Below are positions 21,040-29,216 of a stretch of 64,000 nucleotides of DNA, one piece after another. Source of the DNA: a virus; IMG/VR virus record IMGVR_UViG_3300019752_000001; one strand, given 5' to 3'. The stretch's first letter is position 1, and each line of letters opens with the position of its first letter. Made by a program: the position numbers and the translations under genes. A model generated the notes under the pieces. That model was not told the DNA's origin and ran no database searches. It worked only from the letters and a program-made list of their open reading frames with translations.

Positions 21040-21309
21040 ACAATAGCAAACTAAAAACAAAAACAAAGCCCCCTTAACAGCACTTTGCTATGTGTGCTCT
21101 GTAGGGGCTGTTCCAGCCAGCATTATACAGCGTCTATACAGGCTTTCCTATCCCTCTATGCAGCTCATCTATAGCCCATCTATATATATATATATATATC
21201 AAATGTTCATAAGAAAACCTCTTCTTAGATAATTGAACAACCACCTAACAATAAACAGCATTTACAGGCTTTGCCTGGCAGCCCTTGCGGCTGTCTCTTG
21301 TTAGAGGGT

Positions 21310-21362
21310 TGTTCCATATCCCTTTAGAAGCTCCTGTAAGCCCGTCTAAGCATCTTTAGGTA
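21310..21362 (+). repeat. 53-bp inverted repeat, left copy
   Basis: 52/53 match to reverse complement of 23316-23368. Confidence 0.9.
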
Positions 21363-21454
21363 GGCCCCTTGTGCTAGGTTGTCTTAACAGAGAAAACCAT
21401 AAAGCGCTTGTTCAATAATAATAATTAGGTGTTTGTATTGACATTGGGTAGCTA

Positions 21455-21502
21455 GTGTGTTAGAGGGTGTGTTAGAGGGTGTGTTAGAGGGTGTGTTAGA
21501 GG
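21455..21502 (+). repeat. 4 x 12-bp tandem repeat GTGTGTTAGAGG
   Basis: Exact tandem copies. Confidence 0.9.
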
Positions 21503-21621
21503 GGGTTGTATAGTAATCACTATTGAGAAGGATTCTTGTTTAGAGCATTGTTGAGTATTGTTGAGTGAGAATAATTTTATTCGGAGAATAGTTATTCAGG
21601 TAATAATTTATTCTTTTAGAA

Positions 21622-21696
21622 CAACATAATAGGAAGAATGTACAGGGCTTTTTAGTGACCAAGGGGAACGGTCTGTACATTCTTCCTATTATGTTG
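21622..21696. repeat. perfect 24-bp hairpin with 27-nt loop
   Basis: CAACATAATAGGAAGAATGTACAG / CTGTACATTCTTCCTATTATGTTG. Confidence 0.9.
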
Positions 21697-21929
21697 CCAC
21701 GCTTGCTGTACCCCGCTTCGCTCTATAAGCGTGGCCCTGCCTGAATAGGGGCTGTGTAAGGCTTGTTTAGTCTTAATGTAAAGGGGATAGCAAAAAGCCC
21801 TGTGAGTGGCGTACAGAGGCTTCTAGTTATATATTGAGTGTACGTATAACAATAAAAAAAAAAAACCCCTAACAGGTAGGAGCTTTTATTTATTTTGTTT
21901 GACAGAACTATAAGATGGAGGTTTGTTCT

Positions 21930-22232
21930 TTAAAAATCTTCTGCCGTCATGTACGAACGGCTTTCTATGAAGGTAGTAGTAGTAGTAGAAGGAATACCCA
22001 CCTTTTCAGGCCCCTTAACAACCCCCTTTACATCTATGCTTGTTTTATGCTCTGGTGTTTTGTGTCTTAGTTGGGACAGAGTTTGCAACAGATCTTTTTT
22101 AGTAGTGGCATAACAAGCACTGACAACATTGTGATCCTTTGCATATGTACGACAAGCCTCTAAGGTTGGAAAAGTAGCCGCCTGGCTAGTTGATAGTGAG
22201 AAGGAAACAATAACAGCAAAGATAGTATACAT
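21930..22232 (-). CDS. hypothetical secreted/periplasmic protein
   Basis: Signal-peptide-like N-terminus, two Cys. Confidence 0.55.
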   Translation of the reverse strand: MYTIFAVIVSFSLSTSQAATFPTLEACRTYAKDHNVVSACYATTKKDLLQTLSQLRHKTPEHKTSIDVKGVVKGPEKVGIPSTTTTTFIESRSYMTAEDF

Positions 22233-22342
22233 ATCAGTTCTCTTGTTTGTGTGTTGTTGAGCTCACAGTATAACAGGAAAATAAATAAATAGGGAAAATA
22301 AATTTCTTTTTCTGGTGTCACCCCCCAATTAATTGTTTTCCT

Positions 22343-22750
22343 TTACGAGACTATAGGGAACTCACGAGCTAACATCATCTCTACCACTGAATGTTTATTC
22401 CACATATCAATTCCATTATCAGCAGCCTTTTGCAACCGTGCTTGTATTTTCTTGCTGTTCTTTTGTTTTCTACTGTTAAAGATATTATCAATAATGTCCT
22501 TAACAGCTGTTTTATAGTCTGTCAAGGTGTATAACAAACCACCCTCATAATAATCTGTCATACTATCAGAAACATCCCAATCGAACAGTACGGTATCTTC
22601 CCACGTGTCGCTATCCTGGTTGTCGCTAGGAACAAATACATGGGTTGGGATTGTATTTTTCTGAATGTCGATGATCAGGCCCTTATACTGCACTGTAACT
22701 CCGTGGAGGAAATCTTCATTCGATACGTGGTTGACCAGTTTAGTACTCAT
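22343..22750 (-). CDS. hypothetical early protein
   Basis: AAGGTGAT RBS; upstream TTGCAA-17-TACTAT promoter. Confidence 0.6.
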   Translation of the reverse strand: MSTKLVNHVSNEDFLHGVTVQYKGLIIDIQKNTIPTHVFVPSDNQDSDTWEDTVLFDWDVSDSMTDYYEGGLLYTLTDYKTAVKDIIDNIFNSRKQKNSKKIQARLQKAADNGIDMWNKHSVVEMMLAREFPIVS

Positions 22751-23220
22751 GTTTATCACCTTTGTTTGTGTTGAGCTGATAAAGAGATAGTAACCTCTAT
22801 AGAGGGAGGTTGCAAGGCTTTCTGTTAATAGTTCCTTCTTTCGTGCTTGAGCATATACACCATATTTCTCAGACCATCTACAGCCAGCTGCACATAAAGA
22901 GGGCGGCTAGTGAGATGTAAATACAAGTTTCAAAGTTTACAATAATGTCCAGCATGTTGTTACACCTCCCCCTTAACAAGTTTAACGATGTTAGATACAG
23001 TGATTATCCCAGTGGTAGGTAAAACCACCAGGGTTACAACACTTACACAAAAAGAAATAGGATCAGCTAAACCGAACATAATCATCACCACTTTTTATTG
23101 GAAGGCTGAGTTGCCGTTCCATGTGGTATATAATAGCAGGGTGATTAAGGAGTGCAAGCACTTTTTGAAAAGACTTAGCAGAAGGTTTAGCAACAACAAT
23201 GATAAGAGATTCTAAGAAGT

Positions 23221-23255
23221 TGGCATACTAGGTGCATATAGCAAACCTTATGCCA
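23221..23255. promoter_or_regulatory. head-to-head pair of sigma54 boxes
   Basis: + TGGCATACTAGGTGCA (23221-23236); - TGGCATAAGGTTTGCT (23255-23240). Confidence 0.6.
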
Positions 23256-23315
23256 ACCGTTATGGAATGATCGATTTAGGGTTTTAAGCTCCAACTGATA
23301 CCAATGCAAGTGGGT

Positions 23316-23368
23316 TACCTAAAGATGCTTAGACGGGCTTACAGGAGCTTGTAAAGGGATATGGAACA
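23316..23368 (-). repeat. 53-bp inverted repeat, right copy
   Basis: Partner of 21310-21362. Confidence 0.9.
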
Positions 23369-23764
23369 GACGCTAAACAAAAACCTGTTGAAAGTTTTTG
23401 TTGACATAGAATTTTATTTGTGTAACCTTGTTTGCCTGTTCAAAGGGCGTTCTTGAAAGATTGCTAAGGAATGACTATTCCATAGTACCTATTCAGGAAT
23501 GACTATTCAATAAGGGCGTTTAAGAACAGATGATCAATTACAGAGGTCTATTCCTGAATAGGTGTTCCTTAATAGCCCTTTCTGCAGTAAACAGTAATAG
23601 TAGAATTGTTGAATACCCCTTCTCTTATTCGATTGAAAAATTAAATAAGGAGGGAGGGTTCAAATTACTCTACACTCCAGTATCTGAAAACCTCCTTATT
23701 ACAAAAATTTTCCAACTCTTTACAGCTTAGTAATTCCCTGTACTATTCCTGCGTGGTTGTTTTA

Positions 23765-24493
23765 TCACGCCGTTGTCATAAGCTGTTCATAGTTTGACAA
23801 CTGGTCTTTACTATTAATAGTCATCTGCTTTTTAGTCTTTCTGCCGGGGACATCCACCCATACAGTAATGGCTTGACTCAGGATAGCCCGTCTAACACTG
23901 ACACGTTTAAACCATTCAGGCTCTTCTATAGCATACTCAGTTTTACTTGTCCAGCTAGACGGGATAGCTAGATACTTCCCTGTATGCTTCTTGTCTACCA
24001 CCTCTGCACGTGCAAACCAGCTTTTATACGTGGCGTAGTACGCCCTGTAAGCCTCTACAGGGCATTTTAAACGTTTAGAAATACTATCAGGCATGGCCTT
24101 AGCAAAAGCCGTCATATGGCCCCCTGGGACGGATGAAGGGGCTACACTGAAATGATTAATAATCTTTACAAGGTCTTTATGTGCATCCACACGGCCCGAA
24201 CGCTTTTTAGCTTCACTATCAAGGGCTTTTGCAAGCTCTACACCAAAAACCCAGTTGTCAACACACTCTGATAGCCACACACTACAGGGGTGATTCCAGT
24301 AGCCCGGCTTCTTGACTTTTGGGTCTGCTAGCTCTACAGGGTTCATACCAGCGACTATTGTACGGGCTTCTAGCATCTGGCGTAGTTCGCTGATTATCTT
24401 GTTTACATGTTCATTGCAGTACGATTTAGCAATTCGGCTGCACCACACAGGGAGCGTGTCATCCTGCCTGTGTTCTAGGATGAAGATGTTCAT
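23765..24493 (-). CDS. pyrimidine-dimer DNA glycosylase (DenV / Pyr_excise)-like protein
   Basis: MNIFIL...HVNKIISE..QML, NHPCSVW, AMPD, VEAYRAYY. Confidence 0.7.
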   Translation of the reverse strand: MNIFILEHRQDDTLPVWCSRIAKSYCNEHVNKIISELRQMLEARTIVAGMNPVELADPKVKKPGYWNHPCSVWLSECVDNWVFGVELAKALDSEAKKRSGRVDAHKDLVKIINHFSVAPSSVPGGHMTAFAKAMPDSISKRLKCPVEAYRAYYATYKSWFARAEVVDKKHTGKYLAIPSSWTSKTEYAIEEPEWFKRVSVRRAILSQAITVWVDVPGRKTKKQMTINSKDQLSNYEQLMTTA

Positions 24494-24543
24494 AGTATCA
24501 CCAGAAAATAATAAAGGTTAATAACAAGTTTACAGTTTAATCA

Positions 24544-24814
24544 TTAAAAACTTTGAGTTGAAAGAGTGTTAGACATACAACGTACTAATTCTAGTGTGGT
24601 CATACACTCACAGATTCCCTTAAGAGCAACTGTCCGCACAAAGACTGGGGATTTTTCATCATTAATAGTATTTAATACTAAGTCCCAACCCGTCACCCCC
24701 TGGAGATTCTCCAGCATATTGAAACTCTGCATCGTAGAACAAAACAGCAGACTTTATCTCCGAAATTATTGCATTACGTGTTTCTGTATCCAACTGCTGG
24801 AAATTAGTAGTCAT
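24544..24814 (-). pseudogene. early gene with probable 1-nt frameshift
   Basis: GGTGAT RBS + ATG 24814 (MTTNFQQLDT...) joins the 24544-24732 frame if one T is removed from a T4 run. Confidence 0.4.
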
Positions 24815-24837
24815 AGCATCACCTTATAACGGTTTTG

Positions 24838-24901
24838 TTAAATTGTCTTTCTAAACAGGGCTTAGATATTACAAAACCCTGAGTAGAAAAGCAACTAAAC
24901 T
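24838..24901 (-). promoter_or_regulatory. promoter stem-loop cassette repeat, copy 1
   Basis: TTGCTT-17-TAATAT inside an inverted repeat; identical to 25231-25294. Confidence 0.85.
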
Positions 24902-24913
24902 GCCCCTTAAAAC

Positions 24914-25204
24914 TTATTTAAACAACTCCCTTTTAAGCTTTTCTACAGTTCTTTTTCCAACCGCTCTGTATGGTTTGTGCCAGTCTTTATTATTTGCTCT
25001 TACACGATAACCAGCAGCCTCTAAAGCTTCCTGTACAGCCTGATAATCCCCAGGGTTTCCGTATTTGTAGGGTATTTCGTAACTTTCTTTATTAATCATA
25101 ACTTCAGCGTCATGATAAGTGTTTCCATTAAGTTTGTCGCGCCATTCACCAAACAGAATAAAAACTTCATCTTTGCTTGACAACACTTTCAATTTAGTAG
25201 CCAT
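24914..25204 (-). CDS. hypothetical early protein
   Basis: AAGGTGAT RBS; flanked by identical 64-bp repeats. Confidence 0.65.
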   Translation of the reverse strand: MATKLKVLSSKDEVFILFGEWRDKLNGNTYHDAEVMINKESYEIPYKYGNPGDYQAVQEALEAAGYRVRANNKDWHKPYRAVGKRTVEKLKRELFK

Positions 25205-25230
25205 GATTCATCACCTTGTTTCATGTTGTA

Positions 25231-25294
25231 TTAAATTGTCTTTCTAAACAGGGCTTAGATATTACAAAACCCTGAGTAGAAAAGCAACTAAACT
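25231..25294 (-). promoter_or_regulatory. promoter stem-loop cassette repeat, copy 2
   Basis: 64/64 identical to copy 1. Confidence 0.85.
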
Positions 25295-25537
25295 TTAAAC
25301 TGTAATAGTACTATTTTCATTGCATGACCATCTATCACCTTTCGCTATCTTAAACCCCATGTATTCTGTACCTCTTATACTACACTGTTTCTGTACAGCC
25401 TCCCTTGCTACTTGACAGGCGTTATAAATAGATAATCGACCATCAACCTGGAAGTTTAAGGAGCTTCCACAACTCATAATAAGTTCACCCTGATTGGTTA
25501 CACTGCGTTGCATAGCTGTAACATAGTAAGTAGACAT
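25295..25537 (-). CDS. hypothetical early protein
   Basis: GGTGGTGAT RBS. Confidence 0.6.
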   Translation of the reverse strand: MSTYYVTAMQRSVTNQGELIMSCGSSLNFQVDGRLSIYNACQVAREAVQKQCSIRGTEYMGFKIAKGDRWSCNENSTITV

Positions 25538-25565
25538 ACTGATCACCACCTTGTTTCATGTTGTA

Positions 25566-25625
25566 TTAAATTGTCTTTCTAAACAGGACTGCAATAATAA
25601 ACAATCCTGAGTAGAAAAGCAACTA
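25566..25625 (-). promoter_or_regulatory. promoter stem-loop cassette repeat, copy 3 (diverged)
   Basis: TTGCTT-17-TATTAT; compensatory changes in the inner stem. Confidence 0.8.
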
Positions 25626-25635
25626 TAACCTCTGT

Positions 25636-25737
25636 TTATTTAGCCTCGCTGTCTAGATACGTCCGTTTACGGTTGCGTTCATTCCGTCGCTTCTTAACTT
25701 CCTTTCGTTGCTTCTTGCTTAGCCGTTGCTGTGTCAT
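25636..25737 (-). CDS. 33-aa Arg/Lys-rich peptide (not in ORF track)
   Basis: AGAGGT RBS; MTQQRLSKKQRKEVKKRRNERNRKRTYLDSEAK*. Confidence 0.55.
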   Translation of the reverse strand: MTQQRLSKKQRKEVKKRRNERNRKRTYLDSEAK

Positions 25738-25769
25738 TTTTTGTGTACCTCTTTATCGTTGATTGTTTA

Positions 25770-26391
25770 TCACGTTTTCCAGCAGGTTACAGGGGTTATT
25801 GTCAACCCTCTGTAACCTACCCTCTTTATCCTCTTGTTTCCTCTGTCCTGCATTTCCAGGCCAGACAAAACCCTCAGAAACCAACCAAGTTGCATCCCTG
25901 TATAGACCTGTACAACATCTTTATCATCCAGCTGTATAATCACCTTGTAATGCTTGTCCTTATCTATTTGGTGGCCATACTCTGACAAAGGATCACCACC
26001 TAGACAGCACGGCGTTAGAGGGCCTACGCTGGCTGTAGCTGCCTGTCTCATACTCTTTTTGTATATCTGTTCAGCTTTAGCCTGTAGTGTAGCTTGTTCT
26101 CTATCCATCATCTAGGCCCCTGTCAGTGATTAGGCAGGTACTTACAAGCTCCAGATGATCAGGAGAAGCTTGCACGCTATACAGGTTCCAAACCTCTAAG
26201 GGTTGGTGTTTGTACAAGTTTCCTTTGTACCGGAAGGTATAGAGCTTATCAACAGGGTTGCCCTTTACAGTGGTATTACTTCGTAACTTCTTACCTACCC
26301 ACCAGGTGGTTATTACAAAGCCTGCAACGAATATTAGTTGAGCAATAGGCACTGTTTCCCAAAGATTTGACAACGTGATTAAAGTATCCAT
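25770..26391 (-). CDS. two hypothetical early proteins (26101-26391 membrane-anchored; 25770-26111)
   Basis: Coupled ORFs. Confidence 0.5.
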
Positions 26392-26405
26392 GTTGTACGC
26401 CTCTG

Positions 26406-26972
26406 TTAAATATTGTACAAGTATTCGGCGATACGCCGAATCACAGGGCTGTCGTACAAGCTGTAGTCCGTAGACGCCCAGACATTCAAACCACAAAAAT
26501 CCTCATCAATGGTTTCACCTTGTTCAGCTAACTTTTCGCAGAGGAAATTACTAACAGACCAGTGGTTCATAATCTCTACAGGCTCAACATCTATATTCTG
26601 TTCTTGACAAAGATCCACCCAGCTATCTGCATAACTTACTTCTAACACTTCCCCATCAGCGCTGTCTGTCACCTGAAAATTGTACTCCTCTTCCTCCTCA
26701 GAGATATTCCAACCTTCTCCCTTTGCTGCAGCTTGTGCGTTTTCTTCAGAAAGTGGTGCACAATTAAGCGCTATCACTTGTTCAAGTTCACCCTGATCCT
26801 GTTCAGAACTGCTAGCCAAGCGTCCTACAACCTCAACCATATAGGATACTTGACAAAAAATTTCCCGGTCCACCAGACGAGCAATAATCTCCTGTATAGC
26901 TTCTTTCTTAGTTTCTTCAGAGATTGCAACAGCGTTCTGAATAGTGTTCTGGGTGGCATTTTGAGTAGACAT
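26406..26972 (-). CDS. highly acidic early protein
   Basis: AAGGTGAT RBS; E/D-rich; HWSVSNFLCEKLAEQGE. Confidence 0.65.
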   Translation of the reverse strand: MSTQNATQNTIQNAVAISEETKKEAIQEIIARLVDREIFCQVSYMVEVVGRLASSSEQDQGELEQVIALNCAPLSEENAQAAAKGEGWNISEEEEEYNFQVTDSADGEVLEVSYADSWVDLCQEQNIDVEPVEIMNHWSVSNFLCEKLAEQGETIDEDFCGLNVWASTDYSLYDSPVIRRIAEYLYNI

Positions 26973-27055
26973 ATTATCACCTTGTATTGTGTTTAGCCTG
27001 TATCGGCTATGTGTTGTAAATAGTCTTCTTTACATACCTGTAAAGTTTCTACGAA

Positions 27056-27098
27056 AGAGGCTGTATATTATCTTCTAAGCTAAAAGATTACAACCTCT
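27056..27098 (-). promoter_or_regulatory. sigma70 promoter within a hairpin
   Basis: TTGTAA-17-TAATAT flanked by AGAGGTTGTA / TACAGCCTCT. Confidence 0.65.
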
Positions 27099-27117
27099 TT
27101 GATGCAAACTTTTTCGG

Positions 27118-28665
27118 TTAAAAGATTTCCATGTTATCTAACCACTCCTCGAAACTTGCTTGACTCATCCCCGCACAATAGAGACTTTTAGCTTCTTTAC
27201 GGTTTGTTGGTACAGGATACTTATTGTACCTATAGTCAAAAACATCACAAGCCTCTTTTCGTTCTTTTTCGCTACGGAAGACTAATAAATCTCCGTTACA
27301 GCTATAGCAACCTGTAACAGGATGGGGGCTACCGATAGTTGCATTATCCCCCACCCACGCCAAAAACACACGTTTAACATCTTTTACCATAAGAATATTC
27401 ATTGTGTAGCTCCTTGTACTATTTTTCAGATAAAGATCAAACTTACCAGTAACAGTCCCAGTAACGCCATCCAAAGTACGTTATGCTTGCTACCTTTGAT
27501 GTGGTTCATATTAATCCCCCTGGCGTGGACTGTCAAGTAAAAACCCATAAGTATTTTCTAAATCAACCTTTATACTTTTAGCCCGTGACTGTAACACTGT
27601 AGCAATAGCTTTAAGCATCAAAGGCTGCAACTCTACCATATCCTGATCAGAAATGCCAAGCTGTTTTATAGATGCTGCATTACCATACAACTCTAACATA
27701 CCACCATCAACCATTTTCAGAGCTTTTAACATGAGGTCGTGCTCATTTCGTTTAGCCTGTACCTGGTCCATTTCCTGCCGGGTGGTTATTGAACGTTTCA
27801 TGGTACATCTCCTTGAGTTTCTGATTGTACAGGGTAGTAATAACCCTATCTACATTACAACCCCTTACACCTACTTTTTTCAATAACTTTGGAGTAACGT
27901 TGGTAAGCAGTGTAATAGATGTAGTACGTATTGTCAATTTGTTTTTCTGCTGTAAAACTACCAATGATTGAACGAGCCATCTCTATTCCCTATTCAGTGT
28001 GTTGTGATTGTGTTAGGAACTAACTTTTTCATAACAACTACATTATAACCTGAATAAATCTGTTTGAACAACTTTAGCAAATCTCTATACTCATTATCTA
28101 CCACCTTGACAGCGGTTGTGCGGTCACGGTAATAATCATACTCACCTGTTGCGTGTTCACCATGATTAAAAAACACTAAATCACTCTTATACGCCGCCCC
28201 TTCCCAAAACACAATAGATAAATTATACGGGGCTTTTTCTTGTCTGATAACAACTTTCAGTGTAGGTTTTTGAGTGGACATAATCATCACCTGTTAGCTA
28301 GGGGTTGTTAATTGTCTTAACGAGGAAGCTGTATTCTTGCACAGCTTCCTGATTAAAGCAACTGTTTAATGTACAGCTTTACGGATCATAACAGGTACAG
28401 TCTGCCCCTTCAAACCTTTAGCAGAGGTTTTTATGATCCCTCCACAGGCTTTCTGTACGCCCTCTGCCGGGCCATACAAGTCAACCACTGCCCAGCGCTT
28501 GCCGTTCTCAACTGCATCCTGAAGCGGCTGTAGTTTATATTTACCAAACAGCTCCTGGGCAGCCTTACTTTTAAGGTCTACCAGTTTGTCCCGATCAGTA
28601 CATTTTGATCGGGCGATTGCACGGGTCTGGTAAATAGTCACAGCAGAGCCAGTAAAGTTGTTCAT
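27118..28665 (-). CDS. four hypothetical early proteins (27118-27402, 27511-27801, 27994-28281, 28366-28665)
   Basis: Each has an RBS; spaced by promoter-bearing intergenic regions. Confidence 0.55.
28309..28365 (-). promoter_or_regulatory. promoter stem-loop cassette repeat, copy 4
   Basis: Same outer arms (TTGCTTT...AAGACAATT), TTGCTT-17-AAGAAT, different inner stem AGGAAGCTGT / ACAGCTTCCT. Confidence 0.7.
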
Positions 28666-28857
28666 AATATCACCTTGTTAGTAGCTAGGGGGCTGCCTGT
28701 TTGGCTTGCCCTGTTGATGAGATATATATTAGCAGGTCTTACCAGGATGTAAAGAGGAAATGTTAAACAGGTGAGAAATAATTAGGGCAAGTTTTACCCC
28801 TCCCTTCTATATAGGTAGGTTTTAACACGATGAATTAACACTGGATAGGGCTGATGT

Positions 28858-29153
28858 GGAGCGTATGCTCAATAGTTAATGGTATGAGGGTTCACTCAAA
28901 GGGTTACGATATGAGTGTTTATTCAAGGGCTGTTGAGCGGACGTTCATCTTGTTGTGGAAAGGTTGCTCAATAAATAGGGAAAATAATTGAGCGAGTGTT
29001 TAAGAATATGGTTGAGCGAGCGTTTCATAACTATTTGGTAGGTAATACTCTGCGATTTCAAATCCGAAATCAACACAGCTATAAAAAATTTTTAGTAATC
29101 TTTCATTAACTTGTTGAGCAAACATTTCATAATTATTGTTGAGCTTGCGTTAC
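28858..29153. repeat. array of ~9 TGARY-N4-RYTCA-type palindromes
   Basis: Starts at 28858, 28885, 28912, 28934, 28957, 28989, 29013, 29115, 29140. Confidence 0.7.
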
Positions 29154-29216
29154 AGTGTAAGAATAAGATATAATTACTGTGATAGTGGATCTGAAAGTCG
29201 TGTCGTTATAAAAATT

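Noticed and set aside
21180-21199. (TA)n run as a protelomerase target
   Set aside because: No extended palindromic arms and no protelomerase gene in the window.
19590-21930. tRNA genes in the long non-coding region
   Set aside because: No cloverleaf or GGTTCRANTCC T-loop found by eye; tRNAscan-SE would settle it.
22988-23730. + strand ORFs 22988-23215 and 23530-23730, and the many short antisense ORFs in the track
   Set aside because: No RBS; they overlap regulatory repeats or shadow real genes on the opposite strand.
24838-25625. Direct repeats as a CRISPR array or integron attC sites
   Set aside because: The intervening sequences are whole genes of unequal length; no cas or intI gene; no RYYYAAC/GTTRRRY ends; the repeats contain promoters.
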